DNA from: a virus
Length of the DNA: 41,348 nucleotides
Virus record (IMG/VR): IMGVR_UViG_3300045988_060405
Location: 1 to 41,348 of that record
Reading direction: 5' to 3' (one strand)
Shown in pieces: positions 21,164 through 30,183 of the stretch. The notes beneath the pieces are model-generated. The model made no database searches. It saw only the letters and a list, made by a program, of their open reading frames with translations, and was not told the DNA's origin. Each line of letters starts with the position of its first letter. Position 1 is the first letter of the stretch. The position numbers and the translations under genes were made by a program.

Positions 21164-24100
21164 TACATGACACCTCTTTCCTCCGTCTTAGATACATTAC
21201 CAAGGCTTTCATTTACCGGCTCTGAAACGAGATTACCGACCTTTTTATTATCCATATACACGCCGGTATTCTCCATGGCCTGCCCCATCTCGCGGCCCAT
21301 ACGTTTATAGTCGATTGCATAACCAGGGCCATACCCTTCATTTCCATAGCTGGACGCAGGTATCGACGCTGTGCCGGTTACATATCCCGTACCTGCTAGA
21401 GCTGCATCAACTGCATTTCCTGCCGTTACCGCGTCTATGGCGCTTCTCATGGCATTTCCAACGACTTCTGACATAGCCGCATAGAGATTTCCAGACATGG
21501 AATTAATACCTTCAATCATTTCAGTGATTGCAGTCTTTCCCAGGTCCTTCATGTCCGTTGGAAGCGTTTGTACCGCTCCTAACACATTCTGTGCAATTGC
21601 CTTGAATTTGTCCATATTCTCGGTTGTTCCGGACGCTTCCTTTACTGATCCGGCCATAGCGGAAACCAATTCAACCGCATTTTGAACCGCGGTAAGCTTC
21701 ATCACCTCAAGTGGTTGATTCAGTGATACCCCCAGTTCCAGCATGGAAGCCGTGTACTCCTGCTGGTACTTCGCAAGTTCCGCAGAGGTTTCCTGTTGCA
21801 TCTTTGTAATCTGGTCTGCAATATCCCTCCGCATCGGTTCCAACTCTTCTACGGCCTGTCTTCGTGCAAGGCGGTTTTTCTCCCTGAAAAGATCAACATA
21901 TTCGTCTAACTCATCGTCGCTCATCTCCGTGAGCAACTGGATTTCTGCCGCTGCCTTCGGGCCAAGCTTCTGTAACTCTTCCAGAAGTTCCTTTCCGATT
22001 CCGCGGTCACTTAAATCGTCTAAGTTTTCTCTCCACTGTTCCAGCCCGTCAACCTGTGACCGGAGATTATTCAGGAGATCATCAGATGATAATTCCGTAT
22101 CCGCAGAAAACTCGTCAAAGAGTCCGAACGCTGACTTTATTTCATCTGTTCTCTGACTTACTGCATCTTCGTACTGTTTATTCAGATCAAGAATCTTATC
22201 GTTTAAGTCTTCATATGCTTTTGCAACATTATCAGTGTACTTCTCCTCGGCCTGGAGCATCTGATTTTCAAGTTCTTTCTTTGCTGTAAAGTATTCTTTA
22301 TCTGCGTCGATCTTTGCCTGTGTGCCTTCTTTTACCTGCTTTCTGGCTTCGTCCCAATAGGCCGCCTCCTCTGCAAGTGTGAAATTATTATATACTTTGT
22401 AGTTGTCCAGCCGCTTCTTTGCAGAGTCGAGAACTGCCTGTGCGATCTCTTCCGCGCTGCTCTTCGCATACTTCTTGTTTCTCGCAATACCATCAGCAAT
22501 GCCAAGCGCTATATTCCTGCCTACCTCGTCACGGAATACCCTGGATGGGGAGTGGATTCCCAACATATTTTTCAACCCGTTAAGAGCTGATTTCCCTACT
22601 TCTTTTGCAGCACCAACAACCGCACCGACCGCGTTTTTTAGCCCCTTCGCGATACCATCTACAATATCTTTTCCGATCTTCTTCCAATCAAATTCAGAAA
22701 ATGCATTTTTGATTGACTCGATGATTTCCGGTATCTTTTTTATAAGATCAGGGATTGCCTTTATAAGGCCTACCGCCAACTCTCCAATCAATTCAATGCC
22801 TTTTTGTAAAAGTTCCGGAAGATGGGATGCAATTGTAGCGATTAATTTTGCAAGTACAGAGGCAATAGACGTAATGACAGCAGGCAGATTGTCAAGAAGA
22901 CCATGTGCAAGCTGCCCGATTAATTTCGCACCAGATTCCAGAAGCTTCGGTAAAGCGGTCATAATCGCATCAACTAACCGGTTTAATATATTTCCGGCAG
23001 CTGAGATAACAGATGGAAGGTTGTTCAGTAAACCCTGTGCGAATTTTCCGCATACTTCAAGACCCTTGCTCACAATATTTGGGAGTCCAGTACTAATTCC
23101 CACTGTCAAATTATCCAGGAGCATTTTCCCCTGCGCCTGAAGCTGACCGGAATTTGACCGTATCCCTTCAATTACACCGGTAATAATCGACCAACCAAGG
23201 GAAGCTACCGAAGGAATCAACGTAATGATTCCCCGTGCAATCGCCATAAGTAGCTTTGCGCCTGCTTCCATCAGTTGTGCTGTGTTTCCGTCCAAGCCCT
23301 GTATCAGCATGTCAATGAACGAAACAGCAAGGTCAATAACGGCTGGCAGCTGTTCGATGATCCCAGTTGCAATGTCAGTTAAAAGGCTTGACCCCATCTG
23401 TATAAACTGGTCCGCACTACCTTCAAATTCCTGCCATAATTCCTCTATCACCATTGGAATTGTCTCGGCCAGCCTCGGAACGATTTCCCCAAGGTTCTTT
23501 CCCACATTACGGGCAACCGTGGCAATCGCATCCGCCAGTTCCTGGGCATTGCCTGATCCATTCAAGAAATTGTCAAAGGCTGCCTTGGCGGCATTCATGG
23601 AACCTTCTATGGTAGTTGATGCTTCCTTTGCGGTAGTCCCTGTTATGCCAAGTTCTCCCTGGATCACATGGATAGCTGAATAAACATCATTTAGGTTGCT
23701 GATGTCATATTTTACACCCGATATTTTGGTGGCATCTGCAAGAAGGCGGTTCATCTCTTCTTTTGTTCCGCCATATCCTAGTTTCAGGTTATCCAGCATC
23801 GTGTAATTCTGCTTTGCAAATCCCTGGTACGCATTCTGGATAGAGGACATGTCCGTGCCCATCTTATTGGCGTTATCGGACATGTCCACCATTGCCATGT
23901 CTGCAATCTTTGCCGCTTCTGCCGTGTCTCCGGCCACGCTCTGTAATAAGGAGGCGGAGAAACTGGTGACACTCTGCATATACTCATTGGCGGATAATCC
24001 GGCAGTCTTGTAAGCATTATTAGCGTTTTCTATGACTGTCTTAGCATTCTCTTTGAACAGCGTTTCCACGCCGCCCACGTTCTGTTCCAAACTGGCTACG

Positions 24101-24294
24101 GAACTTAAAGCGGCTTTGGACATGCCGCCGAATGCGGCAGTGATTCCGCCAATGGAGGCGCCAAGAACCGCAAGACCGCCTTTTGCTATTCCACCAAGTT
24201 TACCGAGTCCGATGGAAAATCCTTTTTCATCAATCTTTGTATCAAAATTTAAATGACCGTCAGCGGCAAATATTTGTAAGTCAAAATAAGCCAT
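21163..24294 (-). CDS. Tape measure protein (1043 aa)
   Basis: Length, Ala/Gly/Ile-rich helical repeats and a coiled-coil C-terminal half. The N-terminus carries DLQIFAADG. Confidence 0.9.
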   Translation of the reverse strand: MAYFDLQIFAADGHLNFDTKIDEKGFSIGLGKLGGIAKGGLAVLGASIGGITAAFGGMSKAALSSVASLEQNVGGVETLFKENAKTVIENANNAYKTAGLSANEYMQSVTSFSASLLQSVAGDTAEAAKIADMAMVDMSDNANKMGTDMSSIQNAYQGFAKQNYTMLDNLKLGYGGTKEEMNRLLADATKISGVKYDISNLNDVYSAIHVIQGELGITGTTAKEASTTIEGSMNAAKAAFDNFLNGSGNAQELADAIATVARNVGKNLGEIVPRLAETIPMVIEELWQEFEGSADQFIQMGSSLLTDIATGIIEQLPAVIDLAVSFIDMLIQGLDGNTAQLMEAGAKLLMAIARGIITLIPSVASLGWSIITGVIEGIRSNSGQLQAQGKMLLDNLTVGISTGLPNIVSKGLEVCGKFAQGLLNNLPSVISAAGNILNRLVDAIMTALPKLLESGAKLIGQLAHGLLDNLPAVITSIASVLAKLIATIASHLPELLQKGIELIGELAVGLIKAIPDLIKKIPEIIESIKNAFSEFDWKKIGKDIVDGIAKGLKNAVGAVVGAAKEVGKSALNGLKNMLGIHSPSRVFRDEVGRNIALGIADGIARNKKYAKSSAEEIAQAVLDSAKKRLDNYKVYNNFTLAEEAAYWDEARKQVKEGTQAKIDADKEYFTAKKELENQMLQAEEKYTDNVAKAYEDLNDKILDLNKQYEDAVSQRTDEIKSAFGLFDEFSADTELSSDDLLNNLRSQVDGLEQWRENLDDLSDRGIGKELLEELQKLGPKAAAEIQLLTEMSDDELDEYVDLFREKNRLARRQAVEELEPMRRDIADQITKMQQETSAELAKYQQEYTASMLELGVSLNQPLEVMKLTAVQNAVELVSAMAGSVKEASGTTENMDKFKAIAQNVLGAVQTLPTDMKDLGKTAITEMIEGINSMSGNLYAAMSEVVGNAMRSAIDAVTAGNAVDAALAGTGYVTGTASIPASSYGNEGYGPGYAIDYKRMGREMGQAMENTGVYMDNKKVGNLVSEPVNESLGNVSKTEERGVM

Positions 24295-24336
24295 ACTACT
24301 CCTTTCGCAGTAGCACGGCTCACAGGCTCACATATG

Positions 24337-24549
24337 CTATATCTTTATTTCAAATTCTTTTTTACACTCTTTACATTTCATGTATACACCATTGCTCTGT
24401 GCTGTGTTGTCATATAACACAGCGTTCTTTCCGCAATGGGGGCATTGATACCAATCACGCCTAGTTGGCGGTTTCTTAATTTTAGGTAATTCGTGAGAAA
24501 GTTCTTGTTCATTTACTGTTGCAAAATAGCTAATACCTTTCCATCTCAC
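24337..24549 (-). CDS. Cys-rich zinc-ribbon protein (Cys_rich_KTR-like, 70 aa)
   Basis: CPHCGKNAVLYDNT...YMKCKECKKEFEIKI. Confidence 0.6.
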   Translation of the reverse strand: MRWKGISYFATVNEQELSHELPKIKKPPTRRDWYQCPHCGKNAVLYDNTAQSNGVYMKCKECKKEFEIKI

Positions 24550-25121
24550 CAGAACATACCTCCGATCTCATCATCAGATGGGGCAGACTGCGGAATTGCA
24601 ATCTTTCTCTGTATTCTCAAAATACGGTTACGCTCTTCAACGTCTTTTATCCGTGATGCATCGGTATTCCGGTACATAACACGCTGCTTAAATTCCGTGT
24701 CAGATGATAGGCCGTCTAGCAGTATCCGGAACTTCCACCAGTGCATGTGCGCTTTCGTTAAGTCAATCCGGTAATCATGCCAGAAGCCGGCAATAATACA
24801 GCGCGCGTCATATCGGAAATCATACAGCGGTTTTATGTTCCCCGTTTCTTCCTCTTCCTCATAATCAGCCTGATAACTCTCATCTTCTGCCTCAGCCATC
24901 TTAAAAAAGTCTATCAGCGGTTTGCAGGCATTTGCCTGATCCGCAAACGGGAGAGGATCACAGTAGAACAAGAGTATGGACTCGAATTTTTCTTCCGGCC
25001 CATACTCATCATCTTTCAAAAGGTCAACAAACCTTAGCCAGTCCTTAAAATCCGTTACAATCTCACGATGCTTACCGTTTAGCATCACCGAATTGGGATA
25101 TCTGTCATAGATGAGGTTCAC
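24546..25121 (-). CDS. Phage Gp15-family protein (tail assembly)
   Basis: NLIYDRYPNSVMLNGKHREIVTDFKDWLRF resembles PF06854. GTG start overlaps the upstream stop (GTGA). Confidence 0.7.
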   Translation of the reverse strand: MNLIYDRYPNSVMLNGKHREIVTDFKDWLRFVDLLKDDEYGPEEKFESILLFYCDPLPFADQANACKPLIDFFKMAEAEDESYQADYEEEEETGNIKPLYDFRYDARCIIAGFWHDYRIDLTKAHMHWWKFRILLDGLSSDTEFKQRVMYRNTDASRIKDVEERNRILRIQRKIAIPQSAPSDDEIGGMFW

Positions 25122-25510
25122 TTATTACCGCCACCATTCCGGTTATGCCGTCTCTGCTGCCTGTTCTGATGCGGTGCATACTTATTAAGCATCTGGCCTC
25201 TGCGCTGCATGGCCTCCTGATTACTGCGCCGTGCGGCATCAATAAAAGCCGAATAGGCTGCGTCACACATACCAGCATTTACTTTTCCCTCAAACATCTT
25301 TCCAGATGTCCCTTTTCCATAAATACAATCAAACAGGTTAAAAAACAGCCCACAGTATCCGCGTATTACCTCGCTTGTTGTGCCCGCCTTCTGCACTCGT
25401 TTTTCTTCCTCTTCCATCTGCTTAAACGCATTTTCGTAACGTTCTGCAAAATCCGCATCCTGTAAATCCACCTCAAACTCAAGATTGTTATAACTCCACT
25501 TCTGGCTCAT
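25118..25510 (-). CDS. Tail assembly chaperone-like protein
   Basis: Position between the major tail protein and the tape measure. Acidic N-terminus and basic C-terminus. Confidence 0.6.
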   Translation of the reverse strand: MSQKWSYNNLEFEVDLQDADFAERYENAFKQMEEEEKRVQKAGTTSEVIRGYCGLFFNLFDCIYGKGTSGKMFEGKVNAGMCDAAYSAFIDAARRSNQEAMQRRGQMLNKYAPHQNRQQRRHNRNGGGNK

Positions 25511-25527
25511 AGGCTCACTCCTCTTTG

Positions 25528-26316
25528 TTATTGTTTAGATGTGACGGTTGCAATACCGGCTTTTCTGGCCTTATTCCCTGTGCATTCTACAACAAGGATT
25601 TTTTGCCCATTTGCAGCCGTAATATCTGCTGATCCATCCCAAGTCTGCATTTCGCTGCAATCCGTATCATAAGCAGGAAGGGAAACATTTGTTCCTGTCT
25701 TATATCGGTATGTATTATCTGGCTGCTTTGCTGGGGTAACCGTTAATTTAATAGTCCCAGAACCAGAACCCGCTACGCTGTGCACAGTTAATTCCCCCAA
25801 TTCATGAGCCTGACCTTCTACAAATGTTACTGTCTGCCACTTATCGGAAGAAGTTGCAGTTCCCAGTATCATTTCTCCGATCGCCCGAAAATTACCAGAA
25901 TAGATTAATGCGTCATTTCCATCACCGGTAGTATCCGGAATAACCGCATAGGTACGCTTTCGTGCGACCTTCGTTTCCCCCTCGGCAAAAAGATCTACCG
26001 TTACGATCTCGACATAAGCATCTGATCCGGTATATTCACCATCGGTAATCTCTGCAATCTTTTCATGCGTTGAAAGCGGGCTGTGACGGTCAAAACTATA
26101 ACCGATCTGTGTTGCATATCCAACCACATCAGACCGCTCGGAATCCTCATCTACGTACGTTCTTGTGTACTGTTTCGGGCTTTTGGATTCAGACATAGAT
26201 GAAAAGCCCTGCATGCGCACAAACTTAGGTTCTTCCCCGGTTCCGACGTTCATGAAAGCGACTCTCTTAGACCGCTTTACCAACTTTGCTTCATTAATTT
26301 TGTCAACTGTTGCCAT
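25528..26316 (-). CDS. Major tail protein
   Basis: Position, size and a beta-rich product with an Ig-like C-terminal extension. Confidence 0.7.
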   Translation of the reverse strand: MATVDKINEAKLVKRSKRVAFMNVGTGEEPKFVRMQGFSSMSESKSPKQYTRTYVDEDSERSDVVGYATQIGYSFDRHSPLSTHEKIAEITDGEYTGSDAYVEIVTVDLFAEGETKVARKRTYAVIPDTTGDGNDALIYSGNFRAIGEMILGTATSSDKWQTVTFVEGQAHELGELTVHSVAGSGSGTIKLTVTPAKQPDNTYRYKTGTNVSLPAYDTDCSEMQTWDGSADITAANGQKILVVECTGNKARKAGIATVTSKQ

Positions 26317-26327
26317 GTTGTTTCCTC

Positions 26328-26750
26328 CTATTCATAGAGTAATCTTAATTGTATCTGATATCTTGCAAGGTCCCCGTCCGAGTCGAAAAGATAATAGCTC
26401 GATATCATGACATTCGAAATAGCTGAATATCCTTCCAGTTCCGGAAGAATATCATTATCGTTTTGATCTTCTACCCAATTAGACAAATTCTGATAAAAAT
26501 ATGAATTGTCTATCATGGTACGGGCGTCTCCGTCGTAAGCTTCTTTTGACGTGAAAGAGTATTGGAATTGATATACCTTCCCTCCGTCCACGTATTCTTT
26601 GTATACCGGATCAGCCGGTATTGGGTCCAGGCTGTACGCTCGACTGTTGGGGAGATAATCAATATTAAATTCCCCGTCGTGCAAGAATGGACACTGCATG
26701 AAATATTTCCTGAGTGCGCCTATAATAGACTCATTGTTAATTGTTCGCAA
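26328..26750 (-). CDS. Head-tail joining / tail completion protein
   Basis: Position in the connector block. ORF track. Confidence 0.55.
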   Translation of the reverse strand: MRTINNESIIGALRKYFMQCPFLHDGEFNIDYLPNSRAYSLDPIPADPVYKEYVDGGKVYQFQYSFTSKEAYDGDARTMIDNSYFYQNLSNWVEDQNDNDILPELEGYSAISNVMISSYYLFDSDGDLARYQIQLRLLYE

Positions 26751-27138
26751 TGATCTTTTCCGCCCCCTTCCGAATCGTCTCGCCTTTCGCGGTCTTCATA
26801 CGCTCAAACCATAGTTTACCGCGGTTTCCGTTGTCTCCGTGGTTCTCATAATACTTCCGCCGCGCATACGGGGCCAAGTACTCTATTTCTGCACTGCCAA
26901 TTACGGTTCCAAGCTGCGCGGACTTAATCATGTACCCGGTTCTTCGTGGCGTCATCGGGTCCATGTACCGCAGGCACTCAGAATCGACAAACTCCTGTGC
27001 CTTTGCAAATCCTTTTGATTTCTGCTGACCGAATCCCGGCGCCCATTCCAAGTGCGCGGTTACACTGCCGTTGCTGCTCTTCTTCTGATACAACTCTCCG
27101 CGTGGCGTGGATATCTGAAAAACCCTTTTCTGTGCCAT
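26737..27138 (-). CDS. Minor capsid / head-tail joining protein
   Basis: Position. LAPYARRKYYEN...LWFERMK motif seen in minor capsid families. Confidence 0.6.
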   Translation of the reverse strand: MAQKRVFQISTPRGELYQKKSSNGSVTAHLEWAPGFGQQKSKGFAKAQEFVDSECLRYMDPMTPRRTGYMIKSAQLGTVIGSAEIEYLAPYARRKYYENHGDNGNRGKLWFERMKTAKGETIRKGAEKIIANN

Positions 27139-27536
27139 TAAATACCACCCACTCTCCAGTGCTGCAAGCTGCCAAAACGATTATCAGACCATGATGTGAT
27201 TTTAAACACCTGATACAGTTCCTTCTGCAAATCAGAAGGCTTTTCTATTTCCTTCGCTATGGCTCCACGCGCTATATAGTCATCGTTCTTTAAGGTCCAT
27301 GTATTTTCCTTGCCTGTGTACTCTTCCGGCGCAACATAATGTGATCCGGAAAACTCCGCATCTACTGGTATCCTAACTTTAAAGGAATCCGCAGAAGCAA
27401 GGCCGCCGTCTGTTACGCTGACTTTATTATCAACATAGAACCACGCCTTTTTTATCACTGTCCTGCGCCATTCTTTCAACCGTGTATCAGGATTCAGGAA
27501 AGAGTTATAGACCGTAATATCCGCATTTGTGGTCAT
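27138..27536 (-). CDS. Head-tail adaptor-type protein
   Basis: Position in the connector block. ORF track. Confidence 0.55.
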   Translation of the reverse strand: MTTNADITVYNSFLNPDTRLKEWRRTVIKKAWFYVDNKVSVTDGGLASADSFKVRIPVDAEFSGSHYVAPEEYTGKENTWTLKNDDYIARGAIAKEIEKPSDLQKELYQVFKITSWSDNRFGSLQHWRVGGI

Positions 27537-27930
27537 TGTGACACCTCACCTTTCGATTCAGCCAGCCAGTAGGCAGCAGATACATATACACAGCATCATA
27601 AGCCTTCCGTCTAACCGCTTCTTCCGCCGTCTGGCCGTCTGTCTGTTCCACTACATAAGACACAGAATAGCCGTCATTGTTCTCAGACCGAACAGGGCCA
27701 GCCTTTCCGTCCGCCTTTCTCTGCTCCTGCTCCTGTTCGGCCACATAATACACATCTGCCGCTGCACAGACCGCATCCTTTACCATGTCATTCGGTATGG
27801 AAAATATGTCACCATTCAAATGGGTAAGGTATCGGATGTACGCTTCTGCCTTGCGTTTAGCTGCCGGGAATGCTTCTTCCGGCATTTTTCCACCATACTC
27901 GGCCCGATAATATTCATAATCCACATACAT
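27505..27930 (-). CDS. Head-tail connector (gp6-like)
   Basis: The N-terminal YEYYRAEYGG...AEAYIRYLT pattern and its position after the capsid genes. Confidence 0.6.
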   Translation of the reverse strand: MYVDYEYYRAEYGGKMPEEAFPAAKRKAEAYIRYLTHLNGDIFSIPNDMVKDAVCAAADVYYVAEQEQEQRKADGKAGPVRSENNDGYSVSYVVEQTDGQTAEEAVRRKAYDAVYMYLLPTGWLNRKVRCHNDHKCGYYGL

Positions 27931-27941
27931 CCTGAATCCCC

Positions 27942-28220
27942 CTATTCCATGGCGCCGCTTGCTTTCAGCCCATCAATGATTGACTTTATTGCAGATGCGC
28001 ATGTTTCTGCTGTTGCTCCTGAAACGTTAAATGTCACAGCAGGTGCCTTCTTGACTCCACCGATAGCATCTGTTTTCGCCGCAGGCAACGTATATCCTTC
28101 CCCACTAGGCCAGTTATCCGCCAATTTCTGTACTAATTCAGCAATCTGCCCGTCAGTAGGGGCAGATGATTTCCCTGTAACCTTCTTATAGAGATTTTTT
28201 AATGCATCTGTAATCTGCAT
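27942..28220 (-). CDS. Small head-associated protein (92 aa)
   Basis: ATG at 28220 behind GGAGGA. LPAAKTDAIGGVKKAPAV motif. Confidence 0.55.
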   Translation of the reverse strand: MQITDALKNLYKKVTGKSSAPTDGQIAELVQKLADNWPSGEGYTLPAAKTDAIGGVKKAPAVTFNVSGATAETCASAIKSIIDGLKASGAME

Positions 28221-28231
28221 ACACAATCCTC

Positions 28232-29206
28232 CTATGCGTTCTTCAGGATAGCAAACGGGCATCTCTTGTTTTTATCAGTCTGGACCGAGTTGATTGGGTT
28301 GGGAATTTCCCATCCCAGCCTCATGACCGCCCTAAGAGCCACCATGTCATTCTGCATCAGGTTATAAGCAATCGAGCCATCCGTGTTCTGTACAATACCC
28401 TCAGTAAACAGCTTAAAGGTAATATCCTGACGGATTGCATATACCATCTGATTGAAGTCTCCCGAGATCATCAACGCTTTGGACTTATCGAACGCTCCGT
28501 TGTTCGGGAAGTTCATCGGGCTGCCGTCCAGAGAATATGTAGTACCGCTCTGCATATCAGACTTAAAAATTGGATTTCCCGTCGAATCCCGCAAACCTCT
28601 CAGCTTCGCCCTCATGGAAATATCAGCCATATGGCCGCTTACAAAGTATCCGGAATCCTCTACCTTCGCAATTACGCCGTTCTCGGCCATAATCTTATCA
28701 TACAGGGAATCACCTTCGGCAAGCGTTACAACTGCATTCGCTTTTGTTGCTGTAGCAACAAGGCCATCTCTCCAAGAGGTGGGCTTGTTAACATTGAAAA
28801 GGATTGCTTCGTCGATCAACTTACCGAACGCCTCAACAACTCTCGGTTTCACTTCTCCCCAAATGTCATAATCCGAATCATCAAGTACAGCTTCCGGAAT
28901 CGGAACGATAACGGCGATTTCCTCTGCTGTAATGACCTTCTTATCCCACTGCTGTTTCGTGGTCTTTTTGGCTCCGGTATCACCGTCCACAAAATAGGCA
29001 ATCGGGAGCATGTCAAGCACCGGCATTTTATAGGTTTTCGTTGACATGTTAGGGAGCTTACGGCCCCTTGAAAGTACCGTAGACTGAGTAACTACCCCCT
29101 GGATAATTTCTCTGGCTGGCTCTTCTGGAATTAGAGAATCTGCCCCACTTCTGTCAATAATCAATGCATCGTCTGCAAAAATCTGTAAATTGTACTTATG
29201 TCTCAT
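28232..29206 (-). CDS. Major capsid protein (HK97-fold type) with a Prp-type N-terminal leader
   Basis: Size and position. N-terminus MRHKYNLQIFADD. Confidence 0.85.
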   Translation of the reverse strand: MRHKYNLQIFADDALIIDRSGADSLIPEEPAREIIQGVVTQSTVLSRGRKLPNMSTKTYKMPVLDMLPIAYFVDGDTGAKKTTKQQWDKKVITAEEIAVIVPIPEAVLDDSDYDIWGEVKPRVVEAFGKLIDEAILFNVNKPTSWRDGLVATATKANAVVTLAEGDSLYDKIMAENGVIAKVEDSGYFVSGHMADISMRAKLRGLRDSTGNPIFKSDMQSGTTYSLDGSPMNFPNNGAFDKSKALMISGDFNQMVYAIRQDITFKLFTEGIVQNTDGSIAYNLMQNDMVALRAVMRLGWEIPNPINSVQTDKNKRCPFAILKNA

Positions 29207-29217
29207 ATTTGACCTCC

Positions 29218-29811
29218 TTATCGTCTGGCCGCCATTCTTATGGCGTTATTAATATAGTCGTTCGTGTCCTCAGAAGCTCCGGCGCCGCCTGTATGTGTCG
29301 AGGTTGTCACCTTGTATGACGTCTGGCCTGCAAACTTCGGATTCTCCTTCAGGAATTCCGCCGCCGCCTTGTCAAAAGGAAGTTTATCCGTAACCTTCTG
29401 ATTAACTTTAAATAGCACATAGTCGAGATCATCAGGTTTTACACCTTTGTCCCGCAGAAACCCGCTGTTTTTAAGCTGTTCGAGTTCCGTTTTATATTTA
29501 TCCCGTTCGAGTTCGACCGCAGAAATGTTAGGCTTATTCTTTTCCTTATTCGTCTTGTAATCTTCCATGGCCCGCTTTACTTCGTCCTCGCTAAGTCCGT
29601 GCTGCTCAAAGTAAGATTTCAAGGCCGCCGCCTCTGCTCTCTGTGCTCGTGCCGCGGCAATAGCTTCTGCCTGCTCGAATGTGTAAGTTGCTGTACTACC
29701 GGCGTTCTGGCTGCCGTTACCATTTCCGGCTGTCGTGCTCGTTGTTGTGCTCGTTGCTGCACCGCCTTCGCCGCCGTCTGCGAAAAGCTGTAAATTAATT
29801 CTCTTTCTCAT
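29218..29811 (-). CDS. Scaffolding protein with a Prp-type N-terminal leader
   Basis: N-terminus MRKRINLQLFADGG. Helical and charged. Located directly upstream of the capsid gene. Confidence 0.8.
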   Translation of the reverse strand: MRKRINLQLFADGGEGGAATSTTTSTTAGNGNGSQNAGSTATYTFEQAEAIAAARAQRAEAAALKSYFEQHGLSEDEVKRAMEDYKTNKEKNKPNISAVELERDKYKTELEQLKNSGFLRDKGVKPDDLDYVLFKVNQKVTDKLPFDKAAAEFLKENPKFAGQTSYKVTTSTHTGGAGASEDTNDYINNAIRMAARR

Positions 29812-29882
29812 CCTAATACCTCCGTTTTAAGTACGTTAACTATTCCGATGCTTTTAAAGCCTTCACGTTTCGGGCATGATTT

Positions 29883-30167
29883 TTAAACGTATGTGATGCA
29901 ACCATATTCCTGATTAATTAAGCATATCCCAAGAAACCAGGCGTCAATAATCGTCTTCCCCTTATCATTGATCCGCTGCCATCTGACGGATATGTTTCCT
30001 GTATCCATGACGGTTTTAAAATCTCCTTCAGCCAAAGCATTCAGGCTTTCGGCAAGCGTCAGGGTAAGCGCAGATACCGCAGCACATACCAGATCACGCC
30101 CAGGCGGCGCAAATCCGGCATGTCCTTTTACAGATATCTCATTCTCTCTTACCATTACCTGTATCAT
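29883..30167 (-). CDS. prp: Prp-family cysteine protease (ribosomal-processing protease homologue)
   Basis: VKGHAGFAPPGRDLVCAAVSAL is the His...Cys signature of Prp/DUF464. Confidence 0.8.
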   Translation of the reverse strand: MIQVMVRENEISVKGHAGFAPPGRDLVCAAVSALTLTLAESLNALAEGDFKTVMDTGNISVRWQRINDKGKTIIDAWFLGICLINQEYGCITYV

Positions 30168-30183
30168 AATCCCCCTCCTTTCA

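Noticed and set aside
21497-24256. Numerous plus-strand ORFs (up to 245 aa) inside the tape measure gene, and similar antisense ORFs within Tal, endolysin, portal, terL and recombinase genes
   Set aside because: They lie antisense to long, functionally recognisable genes. Their products are Ser/Pro/Ala/Ile-rich compositional mirror images, and none has an RBS.
25100-25130. Possible programmed frameshift between the two tail chaperone-position ORFs
   Set aside because: The junction is a simple GTGA stop/start overlap. I did not find a slippery heptamer, and the downstream ORF is an independent Gp15-family protein with its own start.
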